Both the position numbers and the translations under genes were made by a program. From Terriglobia bacterium (lineage in GTDB: Bacteria; Acidobacteriota; Polarisedimenticolia; Polarisedimenticolales; JAIQFR01), in the NCBI GenBank assembly GCA_963748015.1, contig CAVVHE010000009.1:160001-224000 (forward strand): DNA of 64,000 bases. The letters run 5' to 3'. Below are positions 49,478 through 59,522 of the stretch, in pieces. The notes beneath the pieces are model-generated. The model saw only the letters and a program-made list of their open reading frames with translations. It ran no database searches and was not told where the DNA came from. How positions within the stretch are numbered: position 1 is the first letter of the stretch; every line of letters begins with the position of its first letter.

Positions 49478-52400
49478 ATGGCACGCTTCTTCGTCAACCG
49501 GCCGATCGTCGCGATGGTGATCTCCATCGTCATGGTGCTCCTGGGTCTCGTGGCCATGAAGAGCCTGCCCATCGCGCAGTACCCCGAGATCGTGCCGCCG
49601 ATGGTCCAGGTCACCACCACCTTCGTCGGCGCCTCCGCGACCGACGTCGAGGCCTCGGTGGCGACGCCGATCGAGCAGAAGGTCAACGGCGTCGAGAAGT
49701 CCATCTACATGAAGTCCACGAACGCGAACGACGGCACCCTGACCCTCAAGGTGTCGTTCGAGGTCGGCTCGAACCTCGACATGGACAACGTTCTCACCCA
49801 GAACAAGCTCTCGGAGGCGATGCCCCAGCTGCCGCAGTCGGTCAAGAACTACGGCGTGGCGGTCAAGAAGGCGCTCGCCTTCCCGCTCCTCGTCATCTCG
49901 ATCAAGTCCCCCAAGGGAACCTACGGCAGCGACTTCCTCGCGAACTACACCACGATCAACGTCAACGACGCCATCGCCCGCATCCCCGGGGTCGGCCAGA
50001 TCAACCTGTTCGGGGGAAGCGATTACGCGATGCGGATCTGGCTGCGCCCCGATCGCATCGCCAAGCTCTCTCTCACGGTGCCGGACATCGTGAACGCCAT
50101 CTCCCAGCAGAACATGCTCAGTCCTGCCGGGCAGATCGGCGGGCCCCCGTCGGCGCCGGGCACCGAGTACACGTACACGGTCCGCACCCAGGGGCGCCTG
50201 CTCAACGAGCAGGAGTTCGGCGAGATCATCGTCCGCAGCAACCCCGACGGGTCGCAGGTGCGCCTCAAGGACGTCGCGCGCCTCGAGCTGGGGACCAGCT
50301 CTACAACTCCTTCGGCCGCCACAACGGCGGCCCCGCCGCGGTCATCGCCGTCTTCCAGATCCCCGGCACCAACGCCCTCGAGGTGGCCGACAAGATCAAA
50401 GCGACGATGGCGGAGCTCAGCCAACGCTTCCCGCGGGACATGGAGTTCCTGATCTCCCTCGACACGACGCTCCCCGTCCGCGAGGGGATCAGCGAGATCA
50501 TCCAGACCCTGTTCGAGGCGGTGCTCCTCGTCCTCCTCGTGGTGTTCGTGTTCCTGCAGAACTGGCGGGCCACCCTGATCCCGCTCATGACCGTGCCGGT
50601 GTCGCTCGTCGGCGCGTTCATGTTCTTCCCGCTCCTCGGCTTCTCCATCAACGTGCTGTCGCTCCTCGGCCTGGTGCTCGCGATCGGGATCGTCGTGGAC
50701 GACGCGATCGTGGTCGTCGAGGCGGTGATGCACCACATCGAGCAGGGGCTGCCTCCGAAGGAGGCGACGCTCAAGGCCATGGAGGAGGTGTCGGGACCGG
50801 TCGTCGCGATCGGCCTCATCCTGGCCGCGGTCTTCGTGCCGGTCGGGTTCATGGGAGGGATCACGGGGCGGCTCTACCAGCAGTTCGCGATCACGATCGC
50901 CCTCTCCGTGCTCCTCTCGGTCGTGAACGCCCTGACCCTGAGCCCGGCGCTCGCCTCCCTGCTGCTCAAGGCGCCGACGGGAAAGAAGACGCTGCTGACC
51001 CCATTCTACAACGGGTTCAACAAGGTCTTCGGCCGCGTCACCGACGGGTACGTCGGCTTCGCGGGCATCCTCGTCCGGAAGTCCCTGCGGAGCATGCTCT
51101 TCATCCTGGTGCTCGTCGCCCTGATCGTGCCGATCGTCCGGCGCATCCCCGGCGGATTCGTCCCCGAGGAGGACCAGGGCTATCTTCTCGTGAACGCGAT
51201 GCTCCCCGACGCGGCCTCGCTCGAGCGGAGCGACCTCGTGATGCGCAAGGTCGAGAAGATCCTGAAGGAGAACGAGGGGATCGCCGGGTTCAACACGATC
51301 ACCGGGTTCAGCCTCGTGACCGGCGCCTACTCCACGAACATGGGGTTCTTCTTCGTCGAGCTCAAGCCCTGGGAGGAGAGAAAGGGCGAGAAGCTCCACG
51401 CGAACGGGATCGTCGCGGACCTCAACCGGGCCTTCGCCCAGCAGATCCCCGAGGCCGGCGTCGCGGCCTTCGGTCCGCCGGCGATTCCCGGCCTCGGGAC
51501 CGGCGCCGGGTTCACGCTCGAGCTCCAGGACCGGAGCGGCGGGACGCCGAAGTACCTCGCCGACCAGGCGGCGCGCTTCATCGAGGCGGCGCGCAAGCGG
51601 CCGGAGATCGGGCGCATCAACACCCTCTACCGCGCCAGCGTCCCGCAGGTGTACGCGGACATCGACCGGAGCAAGGTGCTCAAGTTGGGCGTCCCGCTCC
51701 AGGACGTGAACACGACGCTCGGCGCGCTCCTGGGCAGCTCGTACGTGAACGACTTCAACCGCTTCGGGCGCGTGTACAAGGTCTACGTCCAGGCCGAGCC
51801 GGAGTACCGCAAGGACCCGAAGCAGCTCGGCCTCTTCTTCGTCCGCAGCGCCGGCGGGAACATGATCCCGCTCGACACGCTCGTCACGGCCGGGCCCACG
51901 TCGGGGCCGGAGTTCACGAACCGCTTCAACCTCTTCCGCACGGCGGAGGTGACCGGCGTGCCCGCTCCCGGCTACTCCTCGACGCAGGCACTCGACGCCC
52001 TCGAGGAGACCGCCAAGGAGGTCCTGCCCCCCGAGATGAGCTACGACTGGGCCGACATGTCGTACCAGGAGCGGAAGGCGCCGGGCGTGGCGGTCGTGTT
52101 CGCCCTCGCGATCCTCCTCGTGTTCCTGGTCCTCTCCGCCCAGTACGAGAGCTGGGGGCTTCCCTTCAGCGTGCTCCTCGGGACGCCGTTCGCGGTGTTC
52201 GGCGCCTACCTCGGCCTCTGGCTGGCGCGCCAGTTCTCGCAGAGCTACGTCAACAACGTCTTCGCCCAGATCGGCCTCATCATGCTGATCGGACTGGCCG
52301 CGAAGAACGCCATCCTGATCGTCGAGTTCGCGAAGATGCTGCGCGAGCAGGGCAAGGGGATCGTCGAGTCGGCGCTCGAATCCGCGAAGCTCCGCTTCCG

Positions 52401-52659
52401 CCCGATCCTGATGACGGCCTTCGCGTTCATCCTGGGGGTCACCCCGCTGCTCACCGCGTCCGGGGCCGGCGCCGAGGCCCGCAAGGTCATGGGCATGGCC
52501 GTCTTCGCGGGAATGCTGATCGCGACGATCCTGGGCGTCTGCCTGATCCCGGTGCTGTTCGTCGTGGTCGAGAAGGTCACCGGAGGCGGCAAGCCGCACG
52601 CCCCGGCGCCGGCCGCGGGGCCGGCCGAAGTCGAAGCCCACGGCTCGGGAGGGCACTGA
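49478..52659 (+). CDS. RND efflux permease (HAE1, AcrB/MexF-like); single-base deletion frameshift near 50297
   Basis: FFVNRPIVA, AQYPEIVPP, YAMRIWL, GIVVDDAIVVVE, GLAAKNAILIVEFA, LRFRPILMT. Confidence 0.92.
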
Positions 52660-52660
52660 C

Positions 52661-54112
52661 GTGAACGCCTCCCGCTCGTTGCGTCTCGTGGCGGCGGCCG
52701 TCGCCGTCGCGCTCCTCGGCGGCTGCACGGTCGGCCCCGAGTACAGGCGACCGGAGGTCGCCGTCCCCGAGAACCACCGCGGCCTCCCGGGTGCCCCTCC
52801 CCAGGAGTCGCTGGCCGACCTGCCCTGGTGGCAGGTCTTCGACGACCCCACGCTGCAGTCGCTGATCCGCGATGCGGTCGCGGGGAACTACGACCTGCGC
52901 ATCGCGGCCTCGAGGGTCATGGAGGCCCGCGCTCAGGCGGGCATCGCGAAGTCGTTCCTCTATCCCCAGATAGGCGCGTCCGGCGGATTCGTCACCCGCC
53001 AGCTGCCGCGCCTCTCCGATCCCCCGCAGGCCGGCGAGGACAGGACCACGCAGAACTGGAACGTCGTGGCGGATCTCTCCTGGGAGATCGACCTCTTCGG
53101 CCGGATCCGCCGGGAGAAGCAGGCCGCCGTCGCCCGCTACCTCGCCACGGAGGAAGGGCGCCGCGGCGTCCTCATCGCCCTCGTGGGGGAGGTGGCCTCG
53201 ACCTACTTCTCGCTCCGCGAGCTCGACCTCGAGCTCGAGATCGCGCGCGGCACGCTGGCCTTGAACGACGAGACGGTCGCCTTCTACTCGCGCCGCCTCG
53301 CGGGAGGCGTCTCGAACCGGCTCGAGTTGGACCAGGCGCAGGCGAACCGGGCGGTCACCGCCTCGACGATCCCCGACATCGAGCGCCGGATCGCGCTCAC
53401 GGAGAACGCGCTCAACGCGCTGCTCGGCCGTCTGCCGGGGCCCATTCCCCGGGGGACCGTCCTGACCGACTGGCGCTTCCCCCCGCGGGTTCCCGCCGGC
53501 ATCCCGGCCGCGCTACTCGAGCGGCGACCCGACGTGCTCCAGGCGGAGCAGCGCTTGGTCGCCGCCAACGCCGACGTCGGCGCCGCCCGCGCCCTGTTCT
53601 TCCCGACGATCAGCCTCTCGGGCAGCCTCGGCGGTCTGAGCCACGACCTGTCGGAAGTCCTGAAGAGCGACAGCATCCTGTACTCGCTGGGCGCCGGGAT
53701 CTTCCAGCCGATCTTCCAGGGCGGGCGGATCCGCCGCAACTACGAGGCCAACCAGGCGCGCTTCGAGGGGGCGGTGGCGGAATACCAGAAGGCGGCGCTC
53801 AACGGCTATCGCGAGGTGGCCGACACCCTGGTGACGATCCAGAAGCTGGGCGAGGCGCGCACTGAGCAGGAGAAGGGCGTGGCGGCCCTGCAGGACGCGG
53901 GCACGCTCGTCCGCGCCCGGTACGACACGGGCCTCTCGAACTACCTCGAGATCCTCATCGCGGACCAGGCCCTCTTCCAGCAGCAGCTTCTGCTCGCGAG
54001 GACCCGCGGAGCGGAGCTGCAGTCGCTCGCGCAGCTCTACCGGGCGCTGGGCGGCGGATGGCAGCAGGAGACCGCGGCCGCCACCACGGGCGCGAGCGAG
54101 CCGGCGAAGTAG
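52661..54112 (+). CDS. Outer-membrane efflux lipoprotein (NodT/OprM family)
   Basis: Lipobox LGGC; WWQVFDDPTL, WEIDLFGR, LLERRPDV, LYRALGGGW. Confidence 0.95.
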   Translation: MNASRSLRLVAAAVAVALLGGCTVGPEYRRPEVAVPENHRGLPGAPPQESLADLPWWQVFDDPTLQSLIRDAVAGNYDLRIAASRVMEARAQAGIAKSFLYPQIGASGGFVTRQLPRLSDPPQAGEDRTTQNWNVVADLSWEIDLFGRIRREKQAAVARYLATEEGRRGVLIALVGEVASTYFSLRELDLELEIARGTLALNDETVAFYSRRLAGGVSNRLELDQAQANRAVTASTIPDIERRIALTENALNALLGRLPGPIPRGTVLTDWRFPPRVPAGIPAALLERRPDVLQAEQRLVAANADVGAARALFFPTISLSGSLGGLSHDLSEVLKSDSILYSLGAGIFQPIFQGGRIRRNYEANQARFEGAVAEYQKAALNGYREVADTLVTIQKLGEARTEQEKGVAALQDAGTLVRARYDTGLSNYLEILIADQALFQQQLLLARTRGAELQSLAQLYRALGGGWQQETAAATTGASEPAK

Positions 54113-54154
54113 GAATCCGCCCCTTCTTGCGCGGTTCCCGGCGGAGCGCCGGGG

Positions 54155-54922
54155 TCAGTACTTCTCCTTGACGAACTTGAACGGGTGCTTGGACTCCCGG
54201 TAGCCGCCCGGCTTCTGGCGCTTGGGCAGCTTCACCTTCTCGCGCGGGAGCTTCTTGTAGGGGATCTTCCCGAGAAGATGCTCGATGATGTTGAGGCGCG
54301 CGCTCTTCTTGTCGTCCGAGCGCGCCACGTACCAGGGCGCGAACTTCGTGTCGGTGGCCTCGAACATCGCGTCGCGCGCCTTCGAGTAGTCGTACCAGCG
54401 GCTGTACGACTTCAGGTCCATCGGCGAGAGCTTCCAGACCTTACGACCGTCCTCGATGCGCGATTCGAGCCTCTTGGTCTGCTCCTCCGGGCTGACCTCG
54501 AGCCAGTACTTGAGGAGGATGATGCCGGAGTCCACCATCGCCTTCTCGACCATCGGCACCGCCTTGAGAAACGCCCGCGCCTGCTCCTCGGTGCAGAAGC
54601 CCATCACCCGCTCGACCCCCGCGCGGTTGTACCAGCTGCGGTCGAAGATCACGACCTCCCCGGCGGCCGGCCAGTGCGGAATGTAACGCTGAAGGTACAT
54701 CTGGCTCTTCTCGCGGTCGCTCGGGGCCGGGAGCGCCACGACCCGGAACACCCGAGGGCTCACGCGCTCGGTGATCGCCTTGATCGTCCCTCCCTTGCCC
54801 GCGCCGTCGCGCCCCTCGAAGACGATGCACACCTTGGCGCCCTTCCGCACGACCCACTCCTGCAGGTGGACGAGCTCCTCGTGCAGCTTGGCCAGTTTCC
54901 TGTCGTATTCCTTTCCCTTCAT
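54155..54922 (-). CDS. ppk2: Polyphosphate kinase 2 (class I-like)
   Basis: Walker A FEGRDGAGKGGTI, FDRSWYNRAGVERVMGFC, WKLSPMDL; GGAGGAG RBS. Confidence 0.95.
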   Translation of the reverse strand: MKGKEYDRKLAKLHEELVHLQEWVVRKGAKVCIVFEGRDGAGKGGTIKAITERVSPRVFRVVALPAPSDREKSQMYLQRYIPHWPAAGEVVIFDRSWYNRAGVERVMGFCTEEQARAFLKAVPMVEKAMVDSGIILLKYWLEVSPEEQTKRLESRIEDGRKVWKLSPMDLKSYSRWYDYSKARDAMFEATDTKFAPWYVARSDDKKSARLNIIEHLLGKIPYKKLPREKVKLPKRQKPGGYRESKHPFKFVKEKY

Positions 54923-54944
54923 GGCCACGGCTCCTCCCATCGAC

Positions 54945-56630
54945 TCACCTCGCGGGGCCCGAGCCCCCGGTTCGCTCGAATCTCTCGACGGCTCCCTCGA
55001 CGTTGAAGAACATCCGCTCCCGGCCCAGTGCCGCTCCGAGCTTCGACCTCTGCACGACCTCGAGCACCGTGGGGTTCAGGGCCGCGAGCCACAGCATGAT
55101 TCCAAGATTCCGGAGCCGCTCCTCCTCCTCGACGAGCATCTTGAGAGCCGTGTACTCGAGATCGATCAGGGCGCTGCAGTCCAGCAGCACGACCGACGGC
55201 TTCGCGGCATCGACGAGCGGCAGCATCCGGTCGCCAATCGCTTGCGCGTTGACGAAGAAGGCCCGCCCCTCGGTTCGCAGGATGAGCAACCCAGGCCAGG
55301 TCTCGTCGTCCGGGTGCTCGCGCGACAGCGCCCGGAACGCGTTCGTGCCCCGTTTTCGGCCGAGGGCGTAGACGGGGGGGGCGTAAGCCTGGTGCGCGAG
55401 GGACACGAGCGAGACGATCACCGCGGCAAGGATGCCCCGCAGCGTGCCCAGGACCGCGACGCCGGCGAGCGCCGCGATCGCCCAGCGGAACTCGACCCGG
55501 CGCACGCGACGGATCTCGAGGAACTCGGCCGGCTTGATCATCTCGATCGAGTAGGCCACGACCACGGCGGCGAGCACCGCGTGCGGCATGAAGGCGATCA
55601 CCGGTGCGAGCACCAGGAGCGTCGCCAGCGCGCCCACGGCGGTGACCAGCTCGGAAACCTGGGTCCGCGCTCCCGACTTCCGGTTGACCGCGGTCTGCGT
55701 CGTGCCGCCACCGGCCGGCATCGCCCCGAGGAATCCACCTCCCACGTTGGCGAGGCCCAGAGCCACGAGCTCCTGGTTCGGAGCGGGGCGCGGCTCTCCG
55801 GGGCCGCGGAAGGCGCGGCCCGCCGCGATCGTTTCCGTGAAGCTCATCAGCGCGATACCGGCGGCGCCCGGCCACATCAGAAGGAGCAGGTCGAGCCTCG
55901 GTGCGACGAGCGACGGGAGGCCGCCCGGCACGCTCCCCACGGTCGCGACACCCGCGCGATCCAGCGCGAAGACGGCCGACGCCGCGATGCCCGCGGCCAC
56001 CGCCACGAGCGGCGCGGGCACCCGGGGCGCGAAGCGCTCGAGGCCGAAGATCACCGCGAGGACTCCCAGCGCCACTGCGGCGGTCAGGAGGGACGTCTCC
56101 GGTGCGTGCCGGACGATCGCGAACAGGCTCCGGAAGAAGCCCGTCTTCTCGAAGTGGATGCCGAGGAGCTTGGGGACCTGGTCCACGACGATCACGAGCC
56201 CGATCCCCGACTTGAAGCCCGTCAGCACGGGGTCGGAAATGAAGTTCGCGATGAAGCCGAGCCGGAACACGCCGGCGAGCACGAGCATCGCTCCGACGAG
56301 GAGCGCCAGCGTCGCGCCCGCGACGATGAGCTCCGCGGGATCACCTCCGGGCGCCACCTCCCCGAGCTCGGCCGCCGCCAGGATGGCGATCGTCGTCGTC
56401 GTGCTGACGCTCAAGGGCCGCGACGTGCCCAGGACCGCGTAGATGACCATCGGCACGAGCACGGTGTACAGGCCGACCTGGACCGGCAGCCCCGCGATCG
56501 TGGCGTACGCCATCGCCTTGGGGATGACCACCGCGGCGGTCGTCAGCCCGGCCAGGATGTCGGGGCGGAGCCATTCCCTACGGTAGCCGCGGAGCCACTC
56601 TAGGCTCGGAACGAGGCCGGGCCGTCTCAC
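54945..56630 (-). CDS. SulP-family anion transporter with STAS domain
   Basis: DILAGLT...IPKAMAYA, GLYT, NQELVALG, C-terminal STAS FFVNA...LDCSALIDLEYTA. Confidence 0.93.
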   Translation of the reverse strand: MRRPGLVPSLEWLRGYRREWLRPDILAGLTTAAVVIPKAMAYATIAGLPVQVGLYTVLVPMVIYAVLGTSRPLSVSTTTTIAILAAAELGEVAPGGDPAELIVAGATLALLVGAMLVLAGVFRLGFIANFISDPVLTGFKSGIGLVIVVDQVPKLLGIHFEKTGFFRSLFAIVRHAPETSLLTAAVALGVLAVIFGLERFAPRVPAPLVAVAAGIAASAVFALDRAGVATVGSVPGGLPSLVAPRLDLLLLMWPGAAGIALMSFTETIAAGRAFRGPGEPRPAPNQELVALGLANVGGGFLGAMPAGGGTTQTAVNRKSGARTQVSELVTAVGALATLLVLAPVIAFMPHAVLAAVVVAYSIEMIKPAEFLEIRRVRRVEFRWAIAALAGVAVLGTLRGILAAVIVSLVSLAHQAYAPPVYALGRKRGTNAFRALSREHPDDETWPGLLILRTEGRAFFVNAQAIGDRMLPLVDAAKPSVVLLDCSALIDLEYTALKMLVEEEERLRNLGIMLWLAALNPTVLEVVQRSKLGAALGRERMFFNVEGAVERFERTGGSGPAR

Positions 56631-56645
56631 CGCGCGCTCCGCATC

Positions 56646-57281
56646 TCAGAACTCGACGCCCAGCGACACCACGTACGTCGGGTCGGTCCATCCGAGGTTG
56701 AACACGTAGGTCGATAGGGACCAGCTCTTGCGGGAGAAGCCGATCAGTATTCCGCGCTGCACGTCGAGGTCCGTTTCGTACGCGCGGGTCCGCTGGGAGG
56801 CGAGGCCGGCGCGGAACCACTCCGCCGGGGAGTACGCCAGCTCGCTCCAGAAGTAGAGGAAGTTCCCGCTGCTGTCGCTCGAGTCGAAGAGATACTCTCC
56901 CTCGGTGTAGAACTCGAGCTTCTTGTACGCGACCGTGATCTCGCACCCGGGCGCGATGCCCCGCACGTCCCCGAATACGCCGCCGAGCATCCAAGTGGCC
57001 TCGAGCGTCACCTTGTCGCCGGCGCTCTGGTTGTAGCCGGCCCACACCGAATACGCCCCCCGTCCCTCGTAGTTGTAGCGAGCCTCGAGGTGGAGCCGCT
57101 CGCGGTCCGCGGCGAACACCGGCGACACGTAGTCCGAGTCCTCGGGGACGAAGTAGGCGAACGCGGAGGCGGAGAACGCCCAGGGCTCTTTCGCGGCGGG
57201 ACCGGCTGCCTCCTGGGCGCTCACGGGTCCCGCGAGGAGGGCGGCCACGCCAGCCGCGGCGAGAAGCCGCAACGCGCTCAT
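56646..57281 (-). CDS. Putative outer-membrane beta-barrel protein
   Basis: Signal peptide VSA|QE; aromatic beta strands; terminal VSLGVEF; ATGA-coupled to the VIT gene. Confidence 0.7.
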   Translation of the reverse strand: MSALRLLAAAGVAALLAGPVSAQEAAGPAAKEPWAFSASAFAYFVPEDSDYVSPVFAADRERLHLEARYNYEGRGAYSVWAGYNQSAGDKVTLEATWMLGGVFGDVRGIAPGCEITVAYKKLEFYTEGEYLFDSSDSSGNFLYFWSELAYSPAEWFRAGLASQRTRAYETDLDVQRGILIGFSRKSWSLSTYVFNLGWTDPTYVVSLGVEF

Positions 57282-57940
57282 CCTCCGAGCGCCATGGTCA
57301 TGGCTACCAGCGCCACGCCGATCAGCAGCATCCCGAGCCCGACCCTCCAGGGCGGCCGCCCGACCTGGCGCCCGTAGACCCAGCCGATCAGGAACAGCAT
57401 CGCGACCGCGATGGCGTTCGACGCGCGAAGGGCCGGCTGGGCATTGGACATCAGGACGAACGGGATCGCGACGGGCAGCACGCTGACGAAGACCAGCAGG
57501 AAGACGGCGCAGGCGCCCAGCCAGTCTTCCTTGGAAAGCCGGGCGACGACGGGGGGATCGGGAAGCTCCTTCAGGTGCCGGCGCACCAGGTCCAGCTCCT
57601 CCGGGCGCAGGGCCGAGGCGACGACGGGCGGCAGCGCGTCGGCGATGGCGCGATGGGCCTCGGCCGCACTGGAGGCCTGCCGGATCTTCCTGAAGGCGAT
57701 CAGACCCCTTGCTCGCTCGCCCAGGCAGCCCATGAGGTACATGAACGCGTCGATGATCCCCCACGCCAGGTTGCAGCCGAGCGCGCCGACGAGCATTTCG
57801 CGTATCTCGGCGCGTCCCGCCTCGGCGACACTCAGCGAGCCGGTGAACGTGAGCACCATGATCAGCCCGAACAGCACCTCCGAGATCCTGTCCATGGGAT
57901 CTAGGTACCGCTTCGAGGCTAGGGCCTTGCTGTCGGGCAT
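57278..57940 (-). CDS. VIT1/CCC1-family membrane transporter
   Basis: DRISEVLFGLIMVL, GCNLAWGIIDA, C-terminal TM bundle PVAIPF...LFLIG...ALGG. Confidence 0.75.
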   Translation of the reverse strand: MPDSKALASKRYLDPMDRISEVLFGLIMVLTFTGSLSVAEAGRAEIREMLVGALGCNLAWGIIDAFMYLMGCLGERARGLIAFRKIRQASSAAEAHRAIADALPPVVASALRPEELDLVRRHLKELPDPPVVARLSKEDWLGACAVFLLVFVSVLPVAIPFVLMSNAQPALRASNAIAVAMLFLIGWVYGRQVGRPPWRVGLGMLLIGVALVAMTMALGG

Positions 57941-58031
57941 GCGTACCCTCGATTTCAGGTCCAGCGCCGTCGCGTTTGGCGCGAGTATCCCAGAATACCC
58001 CGAGGCGATCAATCTCGCGTATTCATGTGCC

Positions 58032-58061
58032 TTGACAGAGGGCGCGCCACGCCGGGACAAT
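58032..58061 (+). promoter_or_regulatory. Sigma-70-like promoter for the K+ channel gene
   Basis: TTGACA-N18-GACAAT. Confidence 0.5.
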
Positions 58062-58166
58062 GCCCCGATCGCATCGAGACGCGGCAACGGCAGCGCCGCG
58101 CGGCGCCCACGGGCCGATTCGAGCCAGGGGAGAGGGGTCGGCTTTGGAAGCCCCCGCCGAGAACCG

Positions 58167-58844
58167 ATGATCGCACGGACGATGGATCGGCTGACGAACT
58201 TCTGGAAGACCGACCGGGGTCTTTCGGTATTCCTCGTGGTGCTTCTCGTCGTCGCGTTCGTCGTCTACCCGTTGCGGCGCGAGGCCCTGCTCAACGACGT
58301 CGCCGTGTCCGCGTTCTACTCCCTGATCCTCTTCTCCGGCGTGATGGCCGTTTCGAGCCGGCGCAGGGACCGCTGGGTCGCCGGTACGGTCGCGGTGGCG
58401 ACGTTCGTATTCCGCTGGGCGAGCGAAATCGTCTCCAGCAAGCCCGTGCTCGTGATCTCGGGCGTCCTCGCGGTCGTGTTCCTCGCGATGATGGCGGCGG
58501 TGGTCCTGGCCCAGGTCTTCCGGAAGGGTCCGATCACCATTCACCGCATCGTCGGCGCGGTGGCCGCTTACGTCCTGCTCGGGATCTTGTGGGCAGCGGG
58601 GTACCAGCTCATCTTGCTGCTGACGCCGGGCGCCTTCGTGTCGGCCGCGGGGACGCCCGTCGGCGCGCCGGACCTGACCTACTTCAGCTTCGTGACGCTG
58701 ACGACCGTGGGGTACGGCGACGTCACGGCCGTCAATTCCGTCGCGCGCTCGATGGCGCTCCTCGAGGCGCTGACCGGCCAGCTGTTCCCGGCGATCCTGA
58801 TAGCCCGCCTCGTCTCGATGGAGGCCGCCCGCAAGCTCGAATAG
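58167..58844 (+). CDS. Potassium channel family protein (Ion_trans_2 pore)
   Basis: YFSFVTLTTVGYGD selectivity filter; EALTGQLFPAILIARLV; start could be 58182. Confidence 0.9.
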   Translation: MIARTMDRLTNFWKTDRGLSVFLVVLLVVAFVVYPLRREALLNDVAVSAFYSLILFSGVMAVSSRRRDRWVAGTVAVATFVFRWASEIVSSKPVLVISGVLAVVFLAMMAAVVLAQVFRKGPITIHRIVGAVAAYVLLGILWAAGYQLILLLTPGAFVSAAGTPVGAPDLTYFSFVTLTTVGYGDVTAVNSVARSMALLEALTGQLFPAILIARLVSMEAARKLE

Positions 58845-58848
58845 ACGA

Positions 58849-58873
58849 CGGCCCCCGAAGGTCTCGGGGGCCG
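58849..58873. terminator. Hairpin between convergent genes
   Basis: CGGCCCCCGA-aggtc-TCGGGGGCCG 10-bp stem. Confidence 0.5.
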
Positions 58874-58914
58874 GCCTCGGAACTCGGTCAGGACGCGCGG
58901 ATTCGGCCGATCGG

Positions 58915-59412
58915 CTATTCGCCCGCGAGCGGGACGACCGACTGGACCTTGAAGTCCATCATCGTCTCGAACTGGCGCTCGAGCTGCAGGAACTGGCCCG
59001 CCGCCAGCGGCGAGACCTTCTCCGACATGAGGTCGAAGTACTTGCGGCGCATGGCGTTGCGGTCCTCGTCCAGCTTCAGGGAGCGCGCCCCCATGTCCTT
59101 GGCCTGCGCGGCGGTGATCGTCTTGTACACCTTCGCGTACTCCCGCAGCAGGGCCTTGCGGGCATCCCCGTTTGCCGTGAGCTCCGCGTCGTATTCCTTC
59201 TTGAGCTGCCAGAACGCCTTGCTCTGGGTCTCGTCGAGCTTGATGAACGTCCGGAGCGCCGACTCGCGCCGCTCCATGACGTCTCCGCGAGCCGCCTTCA
59301 GGTACTCCTCGAGCGACTTGGTCGTCGGGTCCTCGGCTCGCGCCGGAAGCGAGAGGACGAGCGACAGAGCGATGAGAATCGTTGCGAGAGGGAGCCATTT
59401 GGAGCGAATCAC
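58915..59412 (-). CDS. Secreted alpha-helical hypothetical protein (paralogue B)
   Basis: AAGGAGG RBS + GTG; signal peptide ARA|ED; LDETQSKAFWQLKKEY...GQFLQLERQF matches the 31759 protein. Confidence 0.8.
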   Translation of the reverse strand: MIRSKWLPLATILIALSLVLSLPARAEDPTTKSLEEYLKAARGDVMERRESALRTFIKLDETQSKAFWQLKKEYDAELTANGDARKALLREYAKVYKTITAAQAKDMGARSLKLDEDRNAMRRKYFDLMSEKVSPLAAGQFLQLERQFETMMDFKVQSVVPLAGE

Positions 59413-59522
59413 GATCGGTTCCTCCTTCCGTTCCCGACGGTGCTTGGGACGTTCCGCTGTGCCAAGGACCCTTAGTTTTAGCACAATTCGAGATTCCGGG
59501 GCATGTTGGCCCGGACGGACGA

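Noticed and set aside
50023..52851. Long antisense ORFs, e.g. 942 aa opposite the RND permease, 1049 aa at 41644-44793, 977 aa at 34588-37521
   Set aside because: Shadow ORFs caused by strong GC3 bias; no motifs, and they lie opposite well-supported genes.
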